Assembly (NCBI RefSeq): GCF_030684315.1
Contig: NC_081356.1
Span: forward strand, 115,333,723-115,397,722
Reading direction: 5' to 3'
Length of the DNA stretch: 64,000 nucleotides
Origin: Stegostoma tigrinum
Lineage: Eukaryota
Shown: positions 36,004-48,672 of the stretch, piece after piece
How the letters are laid out: each line of letters begins with the position of its first letter
Numbering within the stretch: position 1 is the stretch's first letter
Position numbers and translations under genes: made by a program
The notes under the pieces: model-generated
What the model saw: the letters and a program-made list of their open reading frames with translations, nothing else
Databases searched by the model: none
Told to the model about the DNA's origin: nothing

Positions 36004-38700
36004 AGGACAGGTTGCGCCTGAGCCAGAAGGGCACAAATATCCTGGGAGGGAGGTTTGCTCGAGCTATATGGGATGGTTTAAACTACATTGGCAAGGAGGT
36101 GGGGAACTGGATTTGTAATTCAGAGGATGAGGTATTCAGCCTTCCAACAGGCACAACAGGGAGTGAGGTTGCTAATAAAGAAATGTGGTCGATGGAGCAT
36201 AATTGTGGATATGGAGATGATTTGAGGTGTGTATACTTCAATGCTCGAAGTATCAGAAATAAGGTGGATGAACTTAAGAGCATGGGTCGGTACTTGGAAC
36301 TATGATGTTGTGGCTATTACAGAAACTTGAGTAACTCAGGGACAGGAATGGTTGTTGGAAGTTCCAGGATTTAGATACGTTAAAAGAAATAGGGAGGGTG
36401 GAAAAAGAGGTGGGGGAGTGGCATTGCTAGTCAGGGTGAGTATAGCAGCTACTGAAAGGCAGTTCAAGAATGATACATCTACAGAGTCAGTTTGGGTTGA
36501 GATCAGGAACAAGAAAGGAGCAGTCACTTTGCTGGGGGTTTTTCACAGACCCCGTAATAGTTGCAGAGAAGTAGAGGAGCAGATTGGGAAGCAGATACTG
36601 GAAAGGTGCAGATGTCACAGGATTGTAGTCATAGGTGACTTCAACTTTCCAAATATTGAATGGAAACTTTTTAGTTGTAACAGTTTAGGTGGAGCAGATT
36701 TTGCCCAGTGTGTTCAGGAAGGATTCATGACACAGTATGTAGATAGACCAACACGAGGAGAGGCCACTTTGGATTTGGTACTTGACAATGAACTGGGCTA
36801 AGTGTTGGACCTGTTGACAGGAGAGCATTTTGGCAGTAGTGATCATAACTCTATTACTTTTACAATAGTCATGGAAAAGGATAGGTACATACAGCAGGGT
36901 AAAGTTTATAAATGGGGGAAGAGTAATTATAAATCTGTTAGGCAAGAACTGGGTAACATAAAATGGGAACGGATGCTGTCAGGGAACAGCACTATTGAAA
37001 TGTGGAAATTGTTTAAGGAACGCATACTGCGTGTGCTCAATATGTTTGTCCCTAATTGGCAGGGAAGATTCGGTCGAGTGACGGAGTTTTGGAAAGAGGT
37101 GGAACAACTGGCTAAGAGGACGAAGGATGTTTATATAAGGTTTAGGAAACAAGAAACAGAAAAGGCGCTAGAGGGATACAAGTTATCCAAGAAGGAGCTG
37201 AACAAAGGGCTAAGGAGAGCTAAGAGGAGGCATGAGAAAACCTTGGCAGATAGGATCAAGGAAAACCCCAAGGCTTTTTACTCGTACGTGAGAAATAAGA
37301 GATTGAGCAGAGAAAGGGCAGAGATGATCAAGGAATGTAAAGGGAATTTGTGCATGGAGCCTAAAGAGATAGGGGAGGTCCTTAATGAATACTTTTCTTC
37401 GGTATTCACAACTGAGACAGCCCTAGATGTCAAGGAGGACAGTATGAAACAGACAGGTAGGCTAAAGGAGGTTGATGTTAGGAATGAAGATGTACTAGGA
37501 ATTTTGAGGAACTTGAAGATATATAAGTCCCCTGGGCCTGATGGAATTTATTCAAGGATTCTATGGGAAGTGATAGAAGAGGTCGCAGGGCCTTTGGCAA
37601 TGATCTTTATGTCCTCATTGTCCACAGGTATAGTGACAGAAGATTGGAGAGAGGAAAACGTCATTCCCTTGTTCAAAAAAGGAAAGAGGGACAATCCCAG
37701 AAATTACAGGCCAGTTAGTCTTATGTCAGTGGTGGGCAAATTATTGGAAAGGGCTCTGAGAGATAGGATTTAAGATCACTTGGAAAGGCACATTTTGATT
37801 CGTGATAGCATGCATTTGTGAGGGGTAGATGCCTCACAAACCTTACTGAATTCTTTAAAGAGGTGACCAAACACGTGGATGAAGTTACAGCAGTGGATGT
37901 GGTATACATGGATTTAAGTAAGATGTTTGATAAAGTTCCCCATGGTAGGCTCATGCAGAAGATAAGGAGGCATGGGATAGGGGGAAATGTAGCAGATTGG
38001 ATTCAGGATTGGCCGACCCTTAGAAGACAAAGGGTGGTAGTGGACGTAAAATATTCGAGCTGCCACCCAGGTGGATAGAGTTGTTAAGAAGGTGTATGGT
38101 GCGTTAGCTTTCATTAATGGAGGGATTGAGTTCAAGAGCATGAAGTTATGCTCCAGCTATACAAAAGCCTGGTTCGGCCACATCTGGAGTATTGTGTCCG
38201 GTTCTGGTCACCTCACTACAGGAAAGATGTGGAAGCATTGGAAAAAGTACAGAGGAAATTTCCCAGGATGTTGCCTGGAATGGAGGGAAGGTCTTACAAG
38301 GAAAGGTTGAGAGAGGTAGGGCTTTTCTCTTTAGGACGATGAAGGATGAGAGGTGACTTGATGGAGGTGTACAAAATGATCAGAGGTATAGATAGAGTGG
38401 ACAGCCAGAGACTTTCTTCCTAGGGTGGAGGTAGCTATTATGAGGGGGCATAGTTTTAAAGTGAATGGAGGTAGATATAGGGGAGACATCGGGGTAGGAT
38501 CTTTACTCAGAGAGTGGTCGGGGTGGAATGCGTTGCTGGAGAGGGTAGCGGATTCGGCCTCATTAGGAGAATTTAAACGGCTATTAGATAGGCATATGGA
38601 TGATAGCATAAGTTAGAGTTGGAGGTTAGGTAGACCTTGTGGTTAGGGTAAAAGTTCGGCACACGTAGGCCTGTACTGCGCTGTACTGTTCTATGTTCTA
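36004..38700 (+). mobile_element. CR1 (HER1-like) LINE, 5'-truncated: ORF1 end plus ORF2 (APE and partial RT), stops, frameshifts and an internal deletion
   Basis: ORF1 C-terminus LSQKGTNILGGRFA. APE motifs FNARSIRNK, GGGVALLV, GDFNFPNI, TRGEATLDLVL, SDHN. RT motifs KSPGPDGI, NYRPVSL, VDVVYMDLSKMFDKVPHGRL. C-terminus LVRPHLEYCVRFWSP. Tail TGTTCTATGTTCTA. Confidence 0.95.
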
Positions 38701-40409
38701 AGTTTTATGGCAGCGAGCCACACCAGGGGATATTCACTCAGTATCATGTGGGCACTCTTAACGACTCATGGAGTCAAAGCTGGTTCTAAAAGTTGCATAA
38801 GCACAGAAACTGTGAAGGTCCATTTTCATTTACTCAAAATCCTCAAGTCACGTAGATGACATAGCAACTCAGGAAGCACGCAGCAGTCTAACCAGAGGCA
38901 TACAAAACAGCTGAGATCCAGTTGCAGTAATTAAATGGAAAGAATGTGAGTCATGCAATGAAAGGAATTATCTTACCACTGGGGTTTCGGTCCTTTGCAA
39001 ACAGTTTTCAGAACTGGGCTGACTAGAATTTGACAAAACCGGGCAGGAACTTCCTTAAATTACTTCCAGCAGCCAGCACTAAGTGTTTACTTAGCCTAAA
39101 AAGGAATCAATGTGCCTTGCAACTCTGCTATTATCAAGAACCATCTCCCGTTTGAGGAAAAAAATAAGCTTCCTCCAATTATTTTTAACAGATAGGAAAG
39201 TTGAATATAAACAGGGCAAATACTAGCTGAGAACAAAATATTTACTATAATGCAGTAGACCCAACAAGGTATAGTCCTCACGTGGTTACGAGGAACATTT
39301 CAGCACTGCAGATGAATGGATGCACAGTGTTTGGCATAGTTGCAAAACAGGAACTGGGAGAACAGCAGTGATGAAAATCTCTACTTTTCCTCTGCGTGAA
39401 TAAAATTGTATTTTTTTTTCAAATTGAGGAAGCAAAGGTTTTCTTTCGCCATGACCTAAGGCTGCAGGAAATTGAATTTCCCTTCCTAACCCACCGACAC
39501 CACCGCACCCCACAAACCGCCCACCCCCACCGACCCAAAGAAAGGTATTGGACTTGTGAATACATTGGCAGGGTTCATTAAATCTTTTCATTTTCCCTGT
39601 TACAGCTGTCAAAAGGCACACAATTTTGGGAGATCAATAACAGCTGTTATACTCGAAATTTAAACATGACAAACTGCCATTTGGTACCAGAGCACAAAAT
39701 ATATATATTTTTAAAAAGTTTTTAGGGGTTTTTTTTTGGTACTGTGAAATTTTTTTTCAGCTTTCCCACAAGCAAGAAATGACAATTTCGCATTTTAGGG
39801 TTTGGAATGTTTTTGAAATCCCTCAAAAGAAAACCCAGTGAATTGCTTTATAAATTCCTAGTTAGGTATTTGTTGGGTTAATTGTGCTACAACGGCTTAA
39901 AATTTTTATTCTGTCATAAGGAGAAATTACATGGTCTGCTACAGCCCACGGTCAAAACCTTTTGTACGGAAACAGGTGTGTCTTTTCTTACTCTTTGAGA
40001 GTGCATCCCTGGTTAATGTTTCAGGAAAAACACTATTTCTGCAATAAAGAAGTAATTTATTCTCACACAATTACCCAAATTACTGCAATGTTTCATTTAC
40101 ACATTTGTACCAATACAGACAAAAATTAGGTAAAAGTAACAATAGTGCATTTTTACCAATCATAGTTAACTCGGTCTCTGTGATTTCTGGTCTGCAATGT
40201 GGCACATATGTGCGATCTTGAGTGGAATTCATGCTTTAAGGTTGAAGTATGAGGTTCTTGTAAGGCAAAGGGCTCTCAGGCTGTGCGTTGTTGTAGTTGA
40301 GTAGCTAGGAACTTGTGTCTCAGGTGAGATTTTAACTGGAACAGTCTAAGGATGTTGCTCAGCTAGTTTCTGAGTCTAGTCCATAAACTGGTTGAGTTGA
40401 AGGTTCTGA

Positions 40410-40566
40410 GGTAACAAGGTGTAGAACTGGATGAACACAGCAGGCCAAGCAGCAGAGGAGCAGGAAAGCTGACGTTTCGGGCCTAGACCCTTCTTTGGTG
40501 CTGTGGTCATCCAGCTCTACAACTTGTTATCTCAGATTCTCCAGCATCTGCAGTTCCTACTATCTC
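40410..40566. mobile_element. Palindromic PLE derivative (family A) with TSD
   Basis: TAACAAGGTGTAGAACTGGATGA is inverted as TCATCCAGCTCTACAACTTGTTA, followed by the tail. Flanks TGAGTTGAAGGTTCTGA (40393-40409) and TGAGTTTAAGGCTCTGA (40567-40583). Confidence 0.85.
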
Positions 40567-41559
40567 TGAGTTTAAGGCTCTGATGGCTTTGGCGAATTTC
40601 TGTACAAATAGTTCCTCACCAATCTTTTGAACAAAGAAAACATGCTGCGTCTCTGGTAGATTTTCAAGGATTTTTCCAAATAATGTGTGGTGTTTACATT
40701 GATTCCACAACCTGTGCTGTGGGTCAACATCTCTGAGAGCTGGAAATAGTGCCTTTGTTTCAAAATAGCCCCTTGAAATCAGATAATATCTTTTTGATTG
40801 TTCGAAGGGAAGGGTATTTCCTCTTATCAGTCTAGGATGTTCTGTTGTTCTCTCTTAAGGAAGTGGTTCGAACCCACAATCGAATATAGTCACTATAAAT
40901 AGTTAGTCTATTTACTAACTTCAAGACATCAACAATTAAGCAGTCTTTGTGGTATATATTACAAAGGCTAATATAGAGGGAGCAGTTAGAGCGTTTCAAA
41001 CTGGCACTGGTGCTTTATCCAGGAAGCACATCATGGTGGCAACTGGTCAGTAGTAAAAGGTGATAATAGCAGTGGCAGCTGTGAAGGCTTTCCTGTCACT
41101 AATCATCTCCAAAAGTTCAGAGTGAGGTTTAGGCCAACCATGCTGGACCAAAGCAATCCAATGTGTTCAGAAGTATAGCAACCATGTTTTCAGCCCCTCT
41201 GTTTGTAAGTGGCTGACTTCTGTGAGCAGGCATTCTCAACCTCTCCAAGGAGCCACCTCTATAGTGGTTGGTCTTCCTGGCAGATTCACAATTGGGCTCC
41301 CTGCTGGCAAGCTGGGATTCTTGCAGACAGCACAGGGCAGCTCTTTTCCCTCAGTATTCATGGGGCACTGGCAGTGCTGCAGGAGGGAAAGTGCTCTCTG
41401 CATTGCTCAGGTCTCTTCTATCTCCCAGTTTCACCAGGCTGACACCTTAGTTTTAGGAAGGCCCATGTTCCCCCAGGCGTGCCCTATTGCTCTCTTCATT
41501 GATCTCCTGGTATACTGATAACAGCAGAGTTGGGGATATGCCAGGCCTTGAGGTTGCAG

Positions 41560-41925
41560 ATTGTGTTAAGAGTACCATTCTACTACTACTCATGGTCCAC
41601 ACTGCCTCATGGATGCTCAGTCTTGAGTTGCTAGATCTGTTCAAGGTCTGTCCCATTTAGCATGGTGATAGAACCACACACCACAATATAACGGTATGCT
41701 CAATGTCAAGATGTGACTGTCTCTCTGCAAGGACTGTGTGCTGATCACTCTTACTTGGAAAAATGGATTTACAGCAGAAAGACTGGTGAGGAGAAAGTCA
41801 AGTATATACTTTCCTCCTGCTGGTTCCCTCACCATCTGCCACAGACCCAGTTTAGCAGTTATATCCTTGATGACCGGACCAGCTTAGTCAGTAGTGACGC
41901 TATTAAAATGGACCTTACTTGGGGT
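41560..41925 (-). mobile_element. CR1/L2-group LINE endonuclease fragment
   Basis: Minus ORF MVREPAGGKYILDFLLT corresponds to the APE motif PTRGxxxLDLxLT. Confidence 0.65.
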
Positions 41926-42039
41926 TAGAGATGGGAACATGGTCTGTGTTTGCATTGTCAATTCCTGTGCCTCACTCAATACAAGGTGGTCCATTCAGTT
42001 TCATTCCTTTTTTGAGACTTTTCAATGATTGTTACAACC

Positions 42040-42585
42040 AATTGGCTAACTAGGCTATTTCAGAGAGCAGCTAAGAGTTAACTGCATTGCTGTTGAACTA
42101 GCATGAAATGTAGGCCTGACCAGGTAAAGATGACAGTTTCCTTCTCTGGAAGGCATCAGCAAAACCAATGTGTTATAAAAACAATTGGCCATGGAGATTT
42201 TTCATTCACTCACGAGATAGGCTTGGTCAATATTTATTGCCTATCCCTAGCTGCCCTTGAGAAAGTGGTGATGATCTGCCCTCTTGAACGGCTGTAGTCT
42301 ATGTGCTATAGGAAGATCCACAATACGATGAGGGAGGGAATTCCAGGAATTTGACCCATGATACTCAAAGAATGGTGATACATTTCCAAATCAGGGTAAT
42401 GAGTAGCTTCGAGAGGAACTTGCAGGTGGGTGGTCGTGGTCATCATAAGAGTTCGAATTCTAGATTTTCATTGAATTCAAATTCCACTCTCTGCATGGTG
42501 GGATCAAATCCATGTCCCCAGATTGTAATTTGATTCTCCGAATAGTTTGTCTAGCAACGATATCACGAGTCCGTCAGCTCTCCCA
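42040..42585 (-). mobile_element. SINE (family of 2557-2886) split by a LINE 3' end (~42200-42430)
   Basis: SINE body CAGGTAAAGATGACAGTTTCCTTC and head TTGAATTCAAATTCCAC...GGGATCAAATCC flank TGCCCTTGAGAAAGTGGTG...GGGAATTCCAGGA. Confidence 0.7.
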
Positions 42586-43314
42586 ACTGTATCACAGCAA
42601 AAGCTAACAAATGAAAAGGAATGCTAATTTTTTTTATATATGGGGCTGCTGCCATTTTAAATTATGAAGCTCCCACACACACTATTTGTTTACATGAGGA
42701 GCAGATGGACTTTTAGAATCGACAGAGTTTCATCTGTTGTTCCATGCTGCCAAGATTCTGACAAAGTAATTAGATGAGGAGAAAGTTTGAAAGTGACACT
42801 GGGTACCATGAGCTGGAGGTAGATATCAGATACTAATATCAGCCCGGTCCTACACACCACACGAAAAGTACTTCAAAAGGAGGAATTGGGGCCTTGGGCC
42901 TTGTGAGCAACTAGGTAACTCCCAGGTCTTATCTCTCACCACGAGCAACTGATTAATGGGCTTTTGCAACGTCCAGATCTGCTGTTTAACATGGTTTCTA
43001 ACAAGCTGCTTTAAATCAACAGATGGTTCTGGAAGGTATATATCCATCACTGTGTCAGGGAAAAATCTTTCCTGTATTTGCATGGAGATAGAAATGGCCA
43101 GGCACCATGTCGGCTGACATAAATCAGATCCAGCCATCACCGTTATTGTCTGTTTACAGATTTTAAATGAAGGCTAAATAGTTGACCTTATACCAGATCA
43201 GTCACGGCCCAGGTGGCAAACAAACCAGAAGATCGGGTACGATATTCTTTCAGCGCCGCACAATTCCCCATTGTATTTTATGGCTGCATAACCAGAGAGG
43301 ACTGATGGTCACAA

Positions 43315-43640
43315 TTTTTTGGTGGGATGCAGGCATCACTGCCATTTGTTGTCCCATCTCTAATTAACCTCAAAGTGGCTTGCAAAGCCACTTCAGAGTC
43401 AAACATCCTGCTGTCACATGCAGGTCAGGCCAGGTAAGGATGGCAGATGTTTTTTTCCCTTAGAGGACATTGCTAAATTGGTCTTCTTGATAATCAATGA
43501 CAGCTCCATGGCTAGCTATGATGAGCAGCTTTCAGTTCCAGATCTAACGGTACAATGGTGGAATTCAAACCATTGTTCCCTAGGCATTAATTTGGGCCTT
43601 CAGATTACTAATCCAGTGATGTTATCACTGTGTTACCACC
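43315..43640 (-). mobile_element. tRNA-derived SINE (family of 2557-2886)
   Basis: GTCACATGCAGGTCAGGCCAGGTAAGGATGGCAG and GATTACTAATCCAGTGATGTTATCACT. Confidence 0.7.
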
Positions 43641-44088
43641 ACCTAAGAGACACAGACATATCAGACATATCTCTAATACAACATGAAACTTGTAAGTACA
43701 ACTTATATTCTAGCTATTAGAATGTTGACATCAAATATACGAACCAAACAGGCTTGCCAATATACCAGTGTCAAAATAAAACAACTGTTCACTGCATAAA
43801 TGAACAAAACCATGTTACACTGCTCTAAAAATTGTCTAAGGAACTTCAGAATTGCAGGATGTTGCAAATATGAATAGTTGTGGCATAAATGGCCTAGGGT
43901 AGTGCTGACTCTTCAATCCTTCCTTGACTGCCTCATGTTGGGCTTTAGCCCTGCAGGTTAATGTTCATTCTTCATCAATGAGTCTCCAGAGTGAGTGTTT
44001 GCAGATTATTCAACCACGATAGCATTACAGCTAAGGAGAATCCTACCTCACCCACAAAAATGCAGGCCTATATACACATCGGCACAGT

Positions 44089-44235
44089 NNNNNNNNNNNN
44101 NNNNNNNNNNNNNNNNNNNNNNNNNNNNNNNNNNNNNNNNNNNNNNNNNNNNNNNNNNNNNNNNNNNNNNNNNNNNNNNNNNNNNNNNNNNNNNNNNNNN
44201 NNNNNNNNNNNNNNNNNNNNNNNNNNNNNNNNNNN
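44089..44235. other. Run of 147 N (gap or masked low-complexity sequence)
   Basis: Directly visible. Confidence 0.99.
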
Positions 44236-44423
44236 AATCTTGCTCAGGTTTCCTTTTCCTTGGCCTTCTGATACTGAGGCTAAGAGAATCGACCTCTCCG
44301 TCATGCCAAGTGAGATCAGGTAACTCACCTGATATCTTTGAATAAATAATTGACAACATAATGCCATTCTATGCCTTCACATTGCCATTGTCTTCAATGT
44401 GCTACTGAAGTATGTGAAGTGCT

Positions 44424-44596
44424 GAGAATCACAGAATCCCTACGGCACATATAAAGGCCATTTGGCCCATCAAGCCTGTGCTGACCCTCCAAACAGCAAT
44501 CCACCTAGACCCATTCCCACCCCATCCCTGTAACTTCGCATTTCCCATGGCTAATCCACCTAACCCTGCACATCTTTGGACTGTGGGAGGAAACAG
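44424..44596 (-). mobile_element. HE1-type SINE 3' half
   Basis: AGAATCCCTACGG...CTAATCCACCTAACCCTGCACATCTTTGGACTGTGGGAGGAAAC. Confidence 0.8.
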
Positions 44597-45259
44597 GAGG
44601 TGGCATTTAAATTCCAATAGTTTTACTTTAGGCATTTTCTGTTTTCAATGGCACCAGCACAGGGCATGTTGTCAAAGTAATTATTGAGTTAGAAAGTTCT
44701 GAGTCATCGATTTAAGAGAGATGTTAAATTTAATAACCACCGTCAAAATCACATCCTTAAAGTCATATTATCATGATGCCAAACACAATCTGAACTCCTG
44801 CCCATTTTCCCCATCTTCCCATGCCCATCATGGCACTGACCACAACCGATTAGGAATATTCAAGCCAAGCAGCTTGGCTTTTAGCTCTCACTGGGACTGG
44901 GATCACAGGAGGGCAGGGACCACTTGGTGACATACCACATGGCCTCCTGCCTTCAGTCCAGGGAGCCAAAGCTAGGATAAGAGGCCCTCCCTCCCTGCTT
45001 GCCTGCCTGGGTCCAGGGACTTTTGAATATGAGTCTCAAAAAACTAGAGTGAGGGCACCTCAATTTTAAGGCACCTCCCTCTCTCACACACATCCATTGC
45101 AACCCGTTCTTCCCTTCAAGCTTAGAAAGCCCATCTGCCATCTTTATTTGAATGGTGAGCCAAAGCGATGATCATTACTTGGAGCTTGAAACATGAGAGG
45201 CCTGTTTCTCCAAGGTGATGAGTCCTGTCCTCTTGACTCGAATCACAAAAGAATCAATT

Positions 45260-45428
45260 AATTCCTACAGTGCGGAAAAAGGCCATTCCGCCTATTGAGT
45301 CCACACTGACTCACTCCCCCACACTACCCCTTTAATCCTGCATTTCCCACTGCGAATCCAACTAGCATGCCCACCCCTGGACACTACGGGCCAATTAGCA
45401 CAGCCAATTCACCTAACCTCCAGAGGAA
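45260..45428 (-). mobile_element. HE1-type SINE 3' fragment
   Basis: TCCTACAGTGCGGAAAAAGGCCATTC...GACACTACGGGCCAATTAGCACAGCCAATTCACCTAACCT. Confidence 0.7.
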
Positions 45429-47159
45429 ACGACAGCTTCAGCTCTATACTAAATTTGGCCATTTCTACCAATGCAACACATATTTGACTGCAGTTGTCCA
45501 GGTTGAGGAGGGAAGAAATCAGCCAAGTTGCTCTCTACTGATTTATATTGGAAAGTGCGTTTTAATGGCTTTTGATGGAAACCACTGTGACGATTTTCAT
45601 GTTTGAACCTCCCAATTCTCATTCACTCAGTTTATGTGTGAGGCACTGCCTCATTTAAAGCACTGAAAGGCAAAAGTGGTACAAAAATCTATGAAGGCTC
45701 AGTGTATTCACATGAGTAAAATTGTGCTGGGAGTGGGAACCCTGCGAATTTGGGTAAATCCTGATTTTCTCTCATGCACAATTTCAGAACACAAAAGATC
45801 CTCAGACTTGTTCATTGCCAAATAACATTGGCACTCACTCATAAACGCCTCCTGACTTCACGCTCAGTGTACAATTAGATTTATAGCCACGAGGGAGATT
45901 AAAACCAGTCCCCACCAAACAGCAAATTACACAGGATTCTGAATTCCACCAATGCCAAAAATCTGCTTTACTACTCTGTATTGAATTGGTTGCATCAAAT
46001 ATTAGGGCAAGCAACTAAAACATTGATAGATATTAAGAACAGAGTTAAAGCCACAAAGAGAAGCTGGGAAATTCTAAGGGCCTAGTCAGCTAAAAAACAT
46101 AGGTGCTGACAATGGAGCAATTAAAATCAGGGATGCTCCAAGGACCTGAATTGGAAGACAGCTGTTTTCAGGGACAAGATGGAATTTTTTTAATAAATTA
46201 TATCAATATATGATTGTTAAGTATAACAAAACTTCAGTTCGCTGAGTCAAACTCCACCATTTTCAAACCTGACCCTCTCTAAGTAAATTCCTGACATACG
46301 CTAATTGTTACTGTGTCCCAGTTTGCTCATGATATGCAGCAGTACCAGTAAATCCAGTCTGCCTTCACTCAAGACTGTGGACATAATCAGCTCTGCTATC
46401 ACATCACTTGTTATGTTCATAAAACACCGAGGTCTTAACAGAACAGCTTAATGATGAATAACACTCACTGCTCTGAGGAATAAAGCTGGTTGCTTTATTT
46501 GCAAACAACGCTGCCAGCATTTTAGTAAACATGCTGGCTGCTCCTTTTGTTACACTTTACCTTTAGTTTGGATCACATGCAAATTTCAGAGACATTGTGT
46601 TCTACAGCTCATCTTAATATCCTGATCCAGATCCTGATGATGTGGTCAAGATGCTGGAGTGTATTTTGTTTGTTCCTTTGTGCGATACAGGAATACGGGA
46701 AGAATATTTCAAAAATGGCTTCCTACTTACCAAAGCTCTATTTGTACAATACTTAAAAAGGTTTATGGAGTGACCTATGGGTCTATACGGTCCAAACTGA
46801 AATGTTAATGCCACATCAAATTACAATATGTGCAAGAGCTTTATCAAGTTGCAATCCAGAAAATTATATTATAGTATTACATCACAGTAAATATCCCCAT
46901 CCATGAGACATATCAATGATTGGGGGAAGTAAAATGTCTTACGGAATATCTTTCACATCTGTTACAAATGTGAGAGAAAGTGCACAGGTTAGCTAAATAA
47001 CTGAGGGCGCATTAATGGAAAACAGCATTAAACTGCCCACTTCTGTTAATGTGAAGTCACTTTTATGTATGTAATTCAAATAATCTAGTCATTGGGAAGA
47101 TATATTTCCGTAACTATGCCATCGTTTACGCTGCTTTTAAATAACAGAATTAACTTCAA

Positions 47160-48672
47160 ATGAATTTGCACATTACTGATAAATGAGAAGCGTTGTCAGG
47201 AGTTATCACCTCGCAGTCATCAGCACAAAAGCCAAATTTCAAAAGCAGCAACGATTTATACCGCATGAGAAGTGGGTGCTGACTGACTAGAAAGTTGACT
47301 GCAATTGGCTATGGTATATTAATGGAGAATGCAACAGGGGATGATAGTCCCGCTCAACTCTTCGGTTTAATTTATAAAAGGCTCTACCCTGACAGTCAGT
47401 GGTCAGCTCCCTGAAAGTGAACATATGTAGTTGCCAACAAGCATGAGTAAACCACACAGTTAGCCCAACTGATAATCTTTCATTGTTTATTCATGTCATT
47501 CTTGGCACATTTGGAATTGATCAACAATCACATCTAATGTATTGTATAATGTGATTCTGTGACTGAACAGTACTTGCAGAACAATCTCCAGTGTACTCTG
47601 AATTACAGCAACAACCGATTTAAGATTGTTATAACACAGTGTGAAGCTGGATGAACACAGCAGGCCAAGTAGTGTCAGAGGAGCATGAAAGTTGATGTTT
47701 CGGGTTGGGACCCGTCTTCAGAAATGGGGGACGGGAAGGGGATTCTGAAATAAACAGGGAGACGGGGGAGGCGGATAGAAGATGAATAGAGGAGGAGATA
47801 GGCTGAGAGGAGACAGACAGGTCAAAGAGGTGGGTTTGAGCCAGTGAAGGTGAATGTAGGTGGGGAGTTAGGGGGGATAGATCAGTCCAGGGAGGATGAA
47901 CAGGTCGGGGGGGTGGCGGGATGAGGTTAATGTGTAGGGGATGGGGGTGGGGCTTGAGGCAGGAGGAATGGTTAGGGAGGCGGGGACTAGCTCGGCTAGT
48001 TTTGGCATGTGGTCAGGGGAGGGGAGATTTTGATGCTTGTGAAGTCCACATTGATACCCTTGGGCTGCAGAGTTCCCAAGCGAACTATGAGATGCTGTTC
48101 CTGCACCTTTCAGATGGCGTCATCGTGGCACTGCAGGAGGCCCAGGATGGACATGTCGTCCGAGGAGTAGGGGGGGAGCAATTGAAATGGTTCAGGACTG
48201 GAAGGTGCAGTTGTTTGTTGTGAATAGAGCGTAGGTGTTCCGCAAAGCGGTCCCCAAGCCTCCGTTTGGTTTCCTCGATATAGAGGAGGCCACAACGGGA
48301 ACAGCGGATACAGTATATCACAGTGACAGATGTGCAGGTGATTTAAGATTGTTTGTTAGTCTCACAGTGTGACCCACTTAAACTTGCAAGAAGATACATA
48401 TATTCACACACTGGGACCTGTATTCAGCAGAAGAAAGGAATATGTCCAGACATTGTACCTTTCTTTTGAATTAAGCAAAAGACAGGGGTAACAGTTCAAC
48501 GAAACATTTTTTCATGGCAATGCCTTGGTCACAGTCCACTTGCAGCAGCCTTTTCACATGCAATGTAAGTAGCTACTTCTTTGAAATTTGGCATTCTTGC
48601 AGCTGTCTGATATCAAAAGGCTTCAACAACATGTTTCCTTTTGTAGCGATACTCAAGTTCTTTACTACCAAG
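47160..48672 (+). mobile_element. Old Penelope-like element (family D) with inverted left arm, split by a younger PLE
   Basis: Frame joined across the insertion reads CDSVTEQYLQNNLQCTLNYSNNRFKIV / C*SHSVTHLNLQEDTYIHTLGPVFSRRKEYVQTL, resembling a PLE endonuclease C-terminus. 47160-47340 is loosely inverted to 48500-48670. Confidence 0.55.
47631..48339 (-). mobile_element. Penelope-like element (family A), GIY-YIG domain and 3' UTR, 14-bp TSD
   Basis: Minus ORF IYCIRCSRCGLLYIEETKRRLGDRFAEHLRSI. GATTTAAGATTGTT at 47617-47630 and 48340-48353. Confidence 0.92.

Noticed and set aside
36802-37773. 323-aa ORF as a functional gene
   Set aside because: It is a stop-bounded piece of CR1 ORF2 in a copy with stops, frameshifts and a deleted RT core.
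43991-44367. ORFs spanning the N-runs (also 49887-50172)
   Set aside because: They are open only because Ns contain no stop codons.
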